DNA of 41,196 nucleotides from positions 1 to 41,196 of IMG/VR virus record IMGVR_UViG_3300037423_002049, one strand, 5' to 3'. The DNA is from a virus (taxonomy: Duplodnaviria; Caudoviricetes). The position numbers were made by a program, and so were the translations under genes. Positions within the stretch are counted from its first letter, which is position 1; every line of letters begins with the position of its first letter. Under the pieces are notes generated by a model, which was given only the letters and a program-made list of their open reading frames with translations, was not told the origin of the DNA and made no database searches. This document shows, in pieces, positions 25,660 through 35,422 of this stretch.

Positions 25660-26187
25660 ATGGCGCTCCGCGCGCGGACGCTCCTGCGCGGCGGGGAATC
25701 GGTCAGCGTCGAGGGTTTCTCCGATCTGCACGCCGCCCTCAAGGAGCTGTCGCGAGCGACCGAGCGCAATGTGCTCAAGCGCGCGGTCAAGAAGGCGGGG
25801 CAGCCGATCCTCGAGGCGGCGCAATCCCATGCGCCGGTGAAAACGGGTCAGCTGCGCGACAGCATCCGTCTGACGGTCGGTTTCGATGACCCTGATTTCC
25901 GGCGCCGGGCGCGGGCCGCCTTTTCGGCGACCGGCAGCGCCAGGGGAGTGAAGCGCACCAAGGGCGGCGGCAATGTGCTCGCCCAGGTGCGCGCTGGCGG
26001 CAATCTCGCGCCTTATGCCTCGCTGATCGAATTGGGGAGCGTGCGCATCACAGCGCATCCGTTCCTGAGGCCCGCCTTTGACGAGCAGAGCAGCGATGCT
26101 CTCGCCCTGCTCAAGGAAACGCTCGGGGTCGAGGTGAGGAAGGCGACCGCGCGCCGCGCGCGCCGGCTCGCCAAGGCGAAAGGGTGA
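25660..26187 (+). CDS. HK97 gp10-family tail component
   Basis: APVKTGQLRDSI, LIELGS, HPFLRPAFD. Confidence 0.9.
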   Translation: MALRARTLLRGGESVSVEGFSDLHAALKELSRATERNVLKRAVKKAGQPILEAAQSHAPVKTGQLRDSIRLTVGFDDPDFRRRARAAFSATGSARGVKRTKGGGNVLAQVRAGGNLAPYASLIELGSVRITAHPFLRPAFDEQSSDALALLKETLGVEVRKATARRARRLAKAKG

Positions 26188-26190
26188 GGC

Positions 26191-26601
26191 ATGGATCTGG
26201 CTGCGGCGCTGGTCGAGCGCACCAATGTGCCGGCGGTCACCGGCCTCGCCGCAGCGCGGCGTTACTGGGGCGTTCGGCCGCAGGGCAGCCCACTCCCGGC
26301 GCTGGTCATGGTGCTGGTCTCAAGCGTGCCCGAGGAAACACTGGAGGGCGAGGAGGCTGATTTGTGGACGAGCCGGGTGCAACTTGAAGCCTACGCCCGC
26401 ACCCATGCCGACGCCTGGGCGCTGAGCAAGGCGGCGTCGGGCGCGCTGCTTGAGCCGGCGACGGTCGGAGATCCCGGCGACCAAATGGAATTTGAAGCGG
26501 GCTCGCGCACCGGCCCGCGCGACCTCGGCGAGCCCGACGAAAAGGGCTTTGTCCACCTGGCCGTCAGCGATGTGATTCTCCGGCATTCCGCCGGCGAGTG
26601 A
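26191..26601 (+). CDS. Tail terminator (DUF3168-like)
   Basis: RYWGVRPQGSPLPALV...RVQLEAYA; synteny. Confidence 0.8.
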   Translation: MDLAAALVERTNVPAVTGLAAARRYWGVRPQGSPLPALVMVLVSSVPEETLEGEEADLWTSRVQLEAYARTHADAWALSKAASGALLEPATVGDPGDQMEFEAGSRTGPRDLGEPDEKGFVHLAVSDVILRHSAGE

Positions 26602-26625
26602 TTTGAAAAAGCGAGGGAGTGAGAA

Positions 26626-27066
26626 ATGGCCGAAACCACCAAAGCATCGACCGGCGCCAAGTCGGAATTTTGGTTCAATGACGGCACTGCCCTTTACAAG
26701 GCCGTGCAGGTCAGGAGCTTTGGGCTGCCGAGCCCCGAGGTCGAGCAGCTCGAATCCACGCCGCTCGAGGCGGATGCCAAGGAGTTCGTGCCGGGCGACA
26801 CCGATTTTGGCGAGTTCGATGTCGTGCTCAACCTGCGCCCCGGCAGCGACACCGACACCAAAATCGAGGCATGGGTCGCCGCCCAAATCGAGCGCGCGTT
26901 CCTCTGCAATGTCGCGGTGCGGGGCGTGCTGACGCGCAGCTACGCCGGCAACGCGATCGCGGTGGCCTATGACCGCGGCACAATTCAGCGCGGCGGGGTC
27001 ATGGAGGCCACGCTCAAGCTGCGGTCGACCGGCGCGGTGACCAGCTCCGCCTATGTTGCGCCGTGA
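26626..27066 (+). CDS. Major tail tube protein
   Basis: KEFVPGDTDFGE...RPGSDTD...LRSTGA; synteny. Confidence 0.85.
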   Translation: MAETTKASTGAKSEFWFNDGTALYKAVQVRSFGLPSPEVEQLESTPLEADAKEFVPGDTDFGEFDVVLNLRPGSDTDTKIEAWVAAQIERAFLCNVAVRGVLTRSYAGNAIAVAYDRGTIQRGGVMEATLKLRSTGAVTSSAYVAP

Positions 27067-27569
27067 TGAGCACCCCGATGTTTGGGGCCGCGCTCGCCAT
27101 TCTAAAGGATGAGCGCGAGCTCAGGCTGCATTTCGATTTCGATGTGCTGATGGCGGTCGAGGATTTGGCCGACAAGCCGATTGACGAGGTGCTCGCGGAA
27201 ATGGCGGGCCCGGTCAATCCGGCAACGGGCAAGGCCGCATTCCGCCACCCGCGGCTCAAAACGCAGGTGCATCTGTTCTATGGCGCCACCCGCACGCACC
27301 ACGCCGAGTTGGCGCTCGCCGAGTGCAAGGCGCTCCTCGCCGCCAACAATGCGGAAATCCTTTGGCCCATGCTCAGCGCCCTCGCTCGCGCAATGGGCAA
27401 AGGCGAGGAAATCGACCAGGCTGAGGAGGGTGGCGACGGCGAGGCCGCCGACCACCCTCCGCAGAGCGCACCTGGGATTGGGGAAAGCTCCTCGAGCGAT
27501 GGTGCGCAGCCGGTTTCGACCCCGACAGTTTCGGACGGCAAACGCCGGCCAGCTACTCAAGAGCCCTGA
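27066..27569 (+). CDS. Tail assembly chaperone (G)
   Basis: Between tube and tape measure; LRLHFDFDVLMAVED. Confidence 0.8.
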   Translation: MSTPMFGAALAILKDERELRLHFDFDVLMAVEDLADKPIDEVLAEMAGPVNPATGKAAFRHPRLKTQVHLFYGATRTHHAELALAECKALLAANNAEILWPMLSALARAMGKGEEIDQAEEGGDGEAADHPPQSAPGIGESSSSDGAQPVSTPTVSDGKRRPATQEP

Positions 27570-27784
27570 GGGGTCGGCTCAAGGGGCAGGCCGAGGATGC
27601 GGTGCGGCGGGCCTATTGGTCCGCGCGCATCCACCTTGAGTCAGAATATAGCAAGCAGCCCAAGCACTTGAGCGACTATCTCGATGAGCTGCTGAGCCCC
27701 GACGAATTGCTCGAAAAATCGAGCGAGCGCCTGGCGGCCTACTTCGACGCCCAAATCGAGGGCGGCGAGGTCACCCAACAATGA
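27425..27784 (+). CDS. Tail assembly chaperone T segment (-1 frame, probably reached by frameshift)
   Basis: -1 frame open from 27425: WDWGKLLERWCAAGFDPDSFGRQTPASY...; no good independent start. Confidence 0.7.
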   Translation, partial: GGWRRRGRRPPSAERTWDWGKLLERWCAAGFDPDSFGRQTPASYSRALRGRLKGQAEDAVRRAYWSARIHLESEYSKQPKHLSDYLDELLSPDELLEKSSERLAAYFDAQIEGGEVTQQ

Positions 27785-27799
27785 AGAAAGGCTGACGAA

Positions 27800-30094
27800 A
27801 TGGCGCTGCAGGATGTCCTTGCCGAGCTCGCGGTCAATCTGCGCCTGGACACGGCCGCCTATAGCGCCGGGGTCAGCAAGGCCGAGGCGCAGACTAGCCG
27901 CCTCGAGCGGCGGCTGCAGGGCTTCCAAAAGAGCGCCGGCGCCATCGGCCGCACGATGGCCAGCCTCGCCGGCGGCCTCGCCGGCGGCTTTGCCGCAGGC
28001 TTTGGCGTCGATGCCATCGTGCGGGCGACCCAGGCCGCGCTCGAATATGCCGGCAGCCTCGGCGAAACCGCGCAGCAGCTCGGTGTCACCACCCGCGACC
28101 TGCAGGTGTTCCGCTTTGCCGCCGGCCAGGTCGGCGTTTCTCAGGACCAGCTGGAAACGGGACTCTCGAAACTCACCATCACGCTCGGCAAGGTCGCCGC
28201 CGGCGCCAAGGAGCCGGTCAAAGCCTTCAACGCCATCGGCATCAGCGCCGACCAGCTGAAGGGCAAGGACGCGGGCGAAGCGTTCCGGCTCATTGCCGAC
28301 CACCTTGAGCGGGTCACCGACCGCGCGCAGCGGGCGGCCATCGAGGTCGCGCTGTTCGGCAAGTCGGGCGCCAGCCTCGACAATCTGCTGTCGGGCGGGT
28401 CCAAGGCGCTTAACGACCTCGCCACGGCCGCCGACAAGCTCGGCATCGTCCTTTCCGACGAGCAGATTCGCAACGCCGACGCGACTGCCGACAAGCTCGA
28501 GGCCCTGAAAACAGTGCTGTCGGCGCGCATCGCCGGCGTGGTCGCCGATAATGCCGGAGCCATCAACGACCTCGCCGACGCCTTTGGGCGCATCGCCAGC
28601 CTCGCCGGCGGGGCCATCAGCGGCATCGCCGGCGTGGCCCAAGCCATCGCCAGCTTGCCGACACCGCCCGATTGGTGGCTGGCGGCGCTGCGCGGAGTTA
28701 CCCCGGCGATCGGCGCCGCAGTCGAGGCGCGCGCCCGCATTCAGGAAGCGCAAAAAGCCGATAAACAGCGCACCGCCAGGGGCACGTTCCCCGGCGGGGC
28801 GTCGGTGGGGTCGAGCGTCGGCTCAATCACCGTTGCGCTGCCGCCGATTTCGTCGAGCAAGTTCAAGCTGCCGAGCCAGGACATCGGCGATTTTCTCGCG
28901 AGTGGCGGTGGCAGGAAGAAGGCCGACCACAGCGCCGAGGAGGCGATGCGCAAGCGCCTCGAGGCGCTTTCCCGAGCCCACGAATATGATGAGCGGGAGC
29001 TCCGCGCCCAGGAGGAAATCCTGAGCGCGCAGCAGAGCATCGCGCACGATTACGTCGACCGCACCGCCATCGCGGTGCAAGTCGCCGATCTCGACCGAAA
29101 AATTTACAAATCGCAGCTCGATTTCGAGGTCGAGCAGTTCAAAATCAGCAAGGGTGCGCAGGGCATTTCGCAGGCCCAGGCCGACAGCCTGCTCGCGCTC
29201 TATGACCGCAAAGATGCACTTGAACGCCAGGCGCTGCTTGAGGAGGAGGAGACCAACCGCCAGCAGGATTACAACCGGCTCGAGGCGGTAAGTTTCGAGA
29301 TCCAGCGCAACAAGCTGCAGGCCGAGTCGAGCCTCGCCGAGACCGCCGCCGAGCGCCGCGCAATCGAGCTCAAAATCATCGAGCTCGCCTATCGCGAACA
29401 GCGCGAGCGGCTACAGCGTATCATCAAGGAATCGAAGGATTGGGCCGAAATCGAGGAGGCCCGGCGGCAGCTAGCGGCGCTGCCCAATCAGCAGGCACTC
29501 GACACGCAAAATGCGCTCAAGAACACCCGCGGACCGGGCGAGGATTTCCTGGCCTCGCTGCCGACCAGCGCCGCCAAGGCCAACGAGGCGCTGCAAAAGG
29601 TCGCGGTCGAGGGTCTCCGCTCCGTCGAGCAAGGCATCCTCGATGTCATCACTGGCGCCAGGAGCATGCGCGATGTGTTCCACCAAATCGCCGAGCAGAT
29701 CCTCGCGGACCTGCTGCGCCTCGCGATTGAAAAATATGTGATGGGAACGCTCGCTAATGCGCTGTTCGGCGGGGGCTCCGGCGACATTGGCAGTTCGTTC
29801 CTGTTCAGTGCAAGCCCACGCGCCAGCGGTGGGCCGGTCTATTCAGGCGCGACTTACCTGGTCGGCGAAAAGGGGCCCGAGCTGTTCGTTCCAAACAGCA
29901 GCGGCCGCATCGTCTCCAACGATAACATGGGCATGGGCGCGCGGGTCTCGCTCACCAATTACAACGATTTCCGGGGCGCGGACCCGACTGCGGTGGCGGC
30001 GATCAGCGCGCGCATCGACCGCATGGAGGCCGACCTGCCGCTGCGCGTGGTGCGCTCGGTCAAGGACGCTCGCGAAAGGTTCGTGCTCAGATGA
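27800..30094 (+). CDS. Tape measure protein
   Basis: 764 aa, Ala-rich helical; C-terminal RASGGPV...YLVGEKGPELFVP. Confidence 0.93.
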   Translation: MALQDVLAELAVNLRLDTAAYSAGVSKAEAQTSRLERRLQGFQKSAGAIGRTMASLAGGLAGGFAAGFGVDAIVRATQAALEYAGSLGETAQQLGVTTRDLQVFRFAAGQVGVSQDQLETGLSKLTITLGKVAAGAKEPVKAFNAIGISADQLKGKDAGEAFRLIADHLERVTDRAQRAAIEVALFGKSGASLDNLLSGGSKALNDLATAADKLGIVLSDEQIRNADATADKLEALKTVLSARIAGVVADNAGAINDLADAFGRIASLAGGAISGIAGVAQAIASLPTPPDWWLAALRGVTPAIGAAVEARARIQEAQKADKQRTARGTFPGGASVGSSVGSITVALPPISSSKFKLPSQDIGDFLASGGGRKKADHSAEEAMRKRLEALSRAHEYDERELRAQEEILSAQQSIAHDYVDRTAIAVQVADLDRKIYKSQLDFEVEQFKISKGAQGISQAQADSLLALYDRKDALERQALLEEEETNRQQDYNRLEAVSFEIQRNKLQAESSLAETAAERRAIELKIIELAYREQRERLQRIIKESKDWAEIEEARRQLAALPNQQALDTQNALKNTRGPGEDFLASLPTSAAKANEALQKVAVEGLRSVEQGILDVITGARSMRDVFHQIAEQILADLLRLAIEKYVMGTLANALFGGGSGDIGSSFLFSASPRASGGPVYSGATYLVGEKGPELFVPNSSGRIVSNDNMGMGARVSLTNYNDFRGADPTAVAAISARIDRMEADLPLRVVRSVKDARERFVLR

Positions 30095-30783
30095 AACAGC
30101 CGTTTGACATGCCGGTGCGCAGTGTGTCGCGCCAGCAATTCGAGCTGCTGCGCGTCGATTATTCTGCGCCCGAGGCGAGCGGCCGAATCGGCGGCGTTCA
30201 GGCGGGCTTTCCCCTGTGGATGGGTGCTTGGCAGCTCGCTGAAATGCGCCCCGAGAAATCCGACGAGTGGCGCGCCTTCATGTCGAGCATCCGCGGCTCA
30301 AACCGGCGCTTTCTCGGCCGCGATCAAAAGCGGACCTACCCCAAGGCCTACGCATCCGGCTTTACCGGTATGACCCGCGCCGGCGGCGGCGCGTTCGACG
30401 GGTCGGCCACCAGCTGGTCGGAAAACATCACCGCCGACGATGACAGCGAGGTAACGCTCACCGGCCTGCCCGCGGGTTTCGTGATGAGCCAAGGCGATTA
30501 TATCGGCTTTCATTGGGTCGCGACCGAAGAATCGGTCGCGGGCCTCACGTGGCACGCGCTGGTGCGCGTGGTCGAGGCGGCGACCGGTGACGGCACCGGC
30601 GAGGTGACCGTGGTGTGCGAGCCGCCGGTGCCCTCCGCAGTGCCGCTAACGGCGACCGCTTATCTCAACGAGCCCAAGTGCGTCATGGTGCTGGTTCCCG
30701 ACCAATCCAAGCTCGAGGCCATCGATCGGCGCGAAGCAATCCGCGGCGGCACCTTGGTTGCCATTCAGGACATTCGCGAATGA
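30091..30783 (+). CDS. Distal tail protein-like
   Basis: First gene after the TMP; WRAFMSSIRG pattern; ATGA coupling. Confidence 0.7.
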   Translation: MKQPFDMPVRSVSRQQFELLRVDYSAPEASGRIGGVQAGFPLWMGAWQLAEMRPEKSDEWRAFMSSIRGSNRRFLGRDQKRTYPKAYASGFTGMTRAGGGAFDGSATSWSENITADDDSEVTLTGLPAGFVMSQGDYIGFHWVATEESVAGLTWHALVRVVEAATGDGTGEVTVVCEPPVPSAVPLTATAYLNEPKCVMVLVPDQSKLEAIDRREAIRGGTLVAIQDIRE

Positions 30784-31382
30784 AAAGCTTTGCGCCCGCC
30801 GCGCTGGCGGCGATCGCCGCCGGCACCGCGCTGGTCGCTGGCGCCGTGCAAATCACGCCGCGCGACGGCGGGCCGCCCATCCTCGTGTGGGGTGGCCATG
30901 GGTCTATCACTCCGCCCTCGCTCGGGCTGACGTTCAAGGGGCTCGGCGACCGGGCGCTCGCGCAGCAGACGGCGGGTGCCATCGGCGGAGTCGCTCAAGG
31001 GCTTGAGCTGACGCTGTCGGGCGTCGAGCCTGAGGCGTTGAAGCTGCTCGACGCGGATGAGGTCAAGGCCGCCTCGGTGGTCGTCTATCGGCTGATTTTC
31101 AAAAGTGACGGCAAAACCCTGCTCGACGCGCATGTGTTCGACCGCGGGCGCATCGACACGGTCGAGAGCGACGAGACCGTGGGCGGCGAGGCAGCGATCA
31201 AGGCGGGCGTGGAAACGGCGGCACGCGGGCTCGGCCGCAGCGGCGCGCGAATGCGTTCCGATTCCGACCAGCGGCTCATCAATGCGGCAGACGGCTATTT
31301 CAAGAACACCGCCTATGCCGGCGAGAAGATGCTTTATTGGGGCGGCAAGAAGCCGTCGCGCACGAGCAGCGCTGTAGGCTGA
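30780..31382 (+). CDS. Tail tip / hub protein
   Basis: LTLSGV, RGRIDT, RSDSDQRLI...YWG; ATGA coupling. Confidence 0.7.
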   Translation: MKSFAPAALAAIAAGTALVAGAVQITPRDGGPPILVWGGHGSITPPSLGLTFKGLGDRALAQQTAGAIGGVAQGLELTLSGVEPEALKLLDADEVKAASVVVYRLIFKSDGKTLLDAHVFDRGRIDTVESDETVGGEAAIKAGVETAARGLGRSGARMRSDSDQRLINAADGYFKNTAYAGEKMLYWGGKKPSRTSSAVG

Positions 31383-31405
31383 GCGCTTCATTGTTTGCCG
31401 GTGAG

Positions 31406-31819
31406 GTGCCGCGCGACGTTGCGGCGCTGGTCGCGTTCATCGACAGCCGACAGCGGCGGCCGCACGCCTGGGGCCGCTTCGCCAACGATTGCTTGGGCTA
31501 TGCGCTCGGCGCTGTCGAGGCACAAACGGGCATCAGGGTGGCGCCCGAGCTCGCGTGGTCGAGCCGGGCCGAGGCGCTGCGTCTGCTCAAGCGCTTCGCC
31601 TCGCTCGAGGCGGCGATCGACACCTATTTCGTGCGAATTGCGCCGGCTCAGGCAATGCGCGGCGACATCGCCGGCGTGGTTGATGCCGCATTCGGAATCC
31701 ATCCCATGATTGTCGAGGGCTCGACGCTGGTGAGCCCAGGCGAGAACGGCAACCGCCGAGCGCCGCGCAAGGCCATGCGATGCGCCTGGTCGGCGGTCTC
31801 GCTCAAGAAAGGAAGCTGA
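31406..31819 (+). CDS. NlpC/P60-like tail tip protein (DUF6950-like)
   Basis: AWGRFANDC...VEAQTG...AMRGDI. Confidence 0.75.
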   Translation: MPRDVAALVAFIDSRQRRPHAWGRFANDCLGYALGAVEAQTGIRVAPELAWSSRAEALRLLKRFASLEAAIDTYFVRIAPAQAMRGDIAGVVDAAFGIHPMIVEGSTLVSPGENGNRRAPRKAMRCAWSAVSLKKGS

Positions 31820-31825
31820 GAAGCC

Positions 31826-34800
31826 GTGAGCAAATTTATCGGCTTCATCGTCGGCACCGCAATGGTGATTGCCGGGATTCTCACCGGCAATCCGGCCCTG
31901 ATAATTCAGGGCAGCGCAATGATTGTCAGCAACGCCATATTGTTGCTGACGCAGCCCAAGCAGCCGGCGCGCCAGGCGTCGGAAATGAGCATTCAGCTCG
32001 GCGAGCAGCCGCGCGTTCTGATGGTGGGCGAAGCGGCCACTCCTGGGAGCCTGGTCGACGGTTTCAACTATGGCGGGAAATACGGCACCGATTGGGAGTG
32101 CCTCGTCATCCGGCTTGCCGACCACAAGTGCGAAGGCTTGACCGGGTTTTTCGTCAATGACGAATATGTGCCCTACACCGGGAACGGCAATTATCCGCAG
32201 TTCGACGACCACCATTTCGAGCTGTATTTCCGCGCCGACACCACGGCCGAGCCGCTGCCCGATGTGGTGCTCGACCACGCGCCGGGGTGGACCGCGGCCG
32301 ACCAAGGCGAATCCGGTTGCGACGTTGTCGTTTGCTACCTCGCCGACAAGCCCGATGCGAAACATCCGGCATGGCCTGGCGGGCGCCCGCGGTTCCTGTT
32401 CGTGCTCAAGGGTGCACTTTGCTACGATCCGCGCCTCGACGATACCGTTGACGGTGGTGCCGGGCCGCATCGCATCGACGACCCGGCGACCTGGCAATGG
32501 TCGGAAAACGCCGCCATTTGCCGTTATCGGTGGGTGCGCGGCGTCTATGCCAATGACGATTCGAGCGACCTTGGCAAGCTGCTGGTCGGCCGCGGCCTGA
32601 CGGCCGAGGAGGCGCCGCCGGAAAATATCATCGCGCCCGCCAATCTGTGCGACGAGGCGGTGGGCGGCGCGAAACCGTCAAGGATCCTGACCCCGAGCCA
32701 TAACTTTGAGATCGCCAGGTTCTCGCCCGATTTCACGCGGCTTTATCTCATTTGGTCGGATGGGTTCGAGCTGTGGTATTTGCCGACGCTCACCAGGATC
32801 GGCGGCGGCAGCGGCCTCGATATGCCCGCCAACGGCGGCATCGCCGTCAATCCCGATTATTCGTTCTATGTAAGCGAGGACAGCGCGACCGCGCTCATTA
32901 GTCCGTCAGGCGGCCGCACGCAGGTTTCGGCCGACCCGCTCGGCAGCGGCGGCGTGTGGAATGTCGTCGCGGGCGTGTTCGGCACGAGCGCCAATCCGGC
33001 TGCGAGCATCCACCAGCTCGTCGGCGACCTCATCGTGACCACCGCGCTCAGCTTCCACCCCACGTGGATGTTCACCGATTTAGACGGCGCCAGCATAGCG
33101 CTCGGCGGGCCGGCGAGCGGGCTCAGCTACACGCCGGGCATCGCCCTTTGCACCCTCCCCGATTTCACCACCGACACCATCGCGGTGGCGACCGAGGGCG
33201 AATGCTATGGGCTCGACAATGGCGCCGGCGGCTATTTCGTCTGGCAAAGCGCGAGCGGCGGACTCGGTTTCATCATCGACAAGGCCACTCGCACGCTGAC
33301 CGCCGGGCCGGTTGCCATGCCGTTCAGCAACGATGGCGGCGGCAATGACAAGCCGTTTCGCGGCGCGGCGCAGGGCGATGCCGCAATCTGGATCGGCTTC
33401 ACGCAATATTCGACCCGCGACCTCAGCACGCTGAGGACGGAAAGCCCTGGCGATTGGTCGAGCATTTCTGGTTTTGAGAGCTCGGGCGCGGTCTATGACC
33501 GGATCAACAATGCGCTGCTGACGCGCGAATCGGTGCCGGCGGAGCTCGGCATCCGCTTTCTCGACCAAACCGGCGGCTATCGGGTTTCCGGCCCGATCTA
33601 CGCAAACCAGGATTTCATCGACGTTGAGGGCATGTTCGCCGCTGCCACCGGCGGCACCGTGGTCACCCGCGAGGGCTCGGTCGAGCTCAACCCCGGCCAC
33701 GCGGAAACGGTGGTGGAGACCTTCACCGACGCTGACCTTTTGAGCGGCAGTCAGGTCAGCTGGAATCAGGGCATTCTTTCCGAGGCCAATCAGGAGTGGC
33801 TCAACACCGTTGTCGCGCGCTACGTCGAGCCGTCGCAAAAGTGGCAGGACCACGCCGCGCCGGTGGTGCGCGACAATGCCGACATCGTCGCCGACGGCCG
33901 CCCGCGCGAGGCGGCAATCACCCTGCGCCTGGTGCGCTACCAGGACCAGGCGCTGCGCGTTGCCGAAATCAACCGGCGCTTGGGGCGGCTGTGGGGCCGG
34001 GCGACGGTCACCCTCGGGCCGCGCTTTTGTCAGCTCGAGGATGGCGATTGGCTGCAATGGCAGTCTGACCGCTATTTCGGCGGCGCCACAAAGACGTTCC
34101 GCGTTGAGGCCTATTCGGTCGATGAGAAATGGCAAATCACGCTGACGCTGCGCGAAATCAACGCGGACGTTTATGCGATTCCCGATGAGGGGTTTCCGAG
34201 CGACCAATCGCAGCCGTCCTATAATCCGCCGCCGCCCGACATCGGCGCACCCGACAGCGGCGATTGGACGCTCACCGCCACCACGCTCGACAGCGCCGGA
34301 GCAAGCGTTCCCGCGCTGCATCTGGCCGGCGCCGTGCCTGCTGATGAAAACGCCGAGGCGGTCATTGTCGAATATTGGAAGGATGACGGGGTTGGCGACC
34401 CGGTCGCGGACTCCGACTCCATTTCATGGGTGATGAAGGGCCGCTACGGTCCCGATTTCACGCAGACGGACATCACCGGGCTGGTCGGCGGCGCCACCTA
34501 TTATGTCGCCGTCACCTATGTGGTCAGCGGCATCGCGGGCGATCGCTTGGTGTTGGGCCCGGCAACCGTCGCCGATTTGGACGTTAGCGGGCAAATCGAC
34601 CCGGTGGTGGACGGGGCCATTGCCGGGCTCGCCTCCAAGCAGCCGGTGCGCGCGAAAACCACCGCCGCGCTGCCGGCGAGCACCTATGCGAACGGGTCGA
34701 GCGGAGTCGGCGCGACCCTGACGGGCACCAGCAACGGCGCGCTGGCGGCGCAGGACGGCGTGACCCTGGCCGCCGGCGATCGCCTGCTCGTCGCCAATGA

Positions 34801-35422
34801 GGCGCTCGCCTACCGTAACGGCATCTATACGCTGACTCAGGTGGGCGACGGCACCCACCCCTATATTCTGACCCGCACCACCGATGCGGACAGCAGCGCC
34901 GAGCTGGTCGGCGCGACAGTGCGGGTGCTCGAGGGCACGGCGAACGGCGGCACGCAGTGGCAACAGACTACCGCCGCGCCCATCACTATGGGAACGACTT
35001 CGGTGATGTGGTCGCCGGTGGGTGGAGGCAGTTTCGCGACGGCCGCAGAGATCCGCGCCGGCAGCGTCAGTGCCAAGCCGATCGCGCCCGACCAGCTGGT
35101 GCTCTCGGCCGTGCCGCAGACGCTGACCGATGGGGCCACCATCAATTGGGATATGAGCCTTGGCTATAACGCCAAGGTCACGCTCGGCGGCAATCGGACG
35201 ATGGCCGCGCCGACCAACCCCAAGGAGGGGCTGACCTATTCGCTCGATGTCATTCAGGATGGCACCGGCGGCCGCACGCTGACCTGGAACGCCGCCTTTG
35301 ATTGGGGCTCGGCGGGCACGCCCACGCTGTCGACCGGCGCAGGCAAGCGCGATGTGGTGAGCCTCAAATGCTATGACGCGGCAACGCCCAAGTTTCGCGC
35401 CGTGTTCAACAAGGCTGCCTGA
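31826..35422 (+). CDS. Central tail tip / host-specificity protein with inserted domain and fibre-like C-terminus
   Basis: YDPRLD...WQWSENAA, ANLCDE, LEDGDW; C-terminal DGVTLAAGDRLLV...NGIY and IQDGTGGRTLTW modules. Confidence 0.88.
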   Translation: MSKFIGFIVGTAMVIAGILTGNPALIIQGSAMIVSNAILLLTQPKQPARQASEMSIQLGEQPRVLMVGEAATPGSLVDGFNYGGKYGTDWECLVIRLADHKCEGLTGFFVNDEYVPYTGNGNYPQFDDHHFELYFRADTTAEPLPDVVLDHAPGWTAADQGESGCDVVVCYLADKPDAKHPAWPGGRPRFLFVLKGALCYDPRLDDTVDGGAGPHRIDDPATWQWSENAAICRYRWVRGVYANDDSSDLGKLLVGRGLTAEEAPPENIIAPANLCDEAVGGAKPSRILTPSHNFEIARFSPDFTRLYLIWSDGFELWYLPTLTRIGGGSGLDMPANGGIAVNPDYSFYVSEDSATALISPSGGRTQVSADPLGSGGVWNVVAGVFGTSANPAASIHQLVGDLIVTTALSFHPTWMFTDLDGASIALGGPASGLSYTPGIALCTLPDFTTDTIAVATEGECYGLDNGAGGYFVWQSASGGLGFIIDKATRTLTAGPVAMPFSNDGGGNDKPFRGAAQGDAAIWIGFTQYSTRDLSTLRTESPGDWSSISGFESSGAVYDRINNALLTRESVPAELGIRFLDQTGGYRVSGPIYANQDFIDVEGMFAAATGGTVVTREGSVELNPGHAETVVETFTDADLLSGSQVSWNQGILSEANQEWLNTVVARYVEPSQKWQDHAAPVVRDNADIVADGRPREAAITLRLVRYQDQALRVAEINRRLGRLWGRATVTLGPRFCQLEDGDWLQWQSDRYFGGATKTFRVEAYSVDEKWQITLTLREINADVYAIPDEGFPSDQSQPSYNPPPPDIGAPDSGDWTLTATTLDSAGASVPALHLAGAVPADENAEAVIVEYWKDDGVGDPVADSDSISWVMKGRYGPDFTQTDITGLVGGATYYVAVTYVVSGIAGDRLVLGPATVADLDVSGQIDPVVDGAIAGLASKQPVRAKTTAALPASTYANGSSGVGATLTGTSNGALAAQDGVTLAAGDRLLVANEALAYRNGIYTLTQVGDGTHPYILTRTTDADSSAELVGATVRVLEGTANGGTQWQQTTAAPITMGTTSVMWSPVGGGSFATAAEIRAGSVSAKPIAPDQLVLSAVPQTLTDGATINWDMSLGYNAKVTLGGNRTMAAPTNPKEGLTYSLDVIQDGTGGRTLTWNAAFDWGSAGTPTLSTGAGKRDVVSLKCYDAATPKFRAVFNKAA

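Noticed and set aside
27480-27487. Lambda-type GGGAAAG slippery site
   Set aside because: The G frame reads GGG GAA AGC; the heptamer is phased for the already shifted frame, so it cannot drive the 0 to -1 shift in the canonical way
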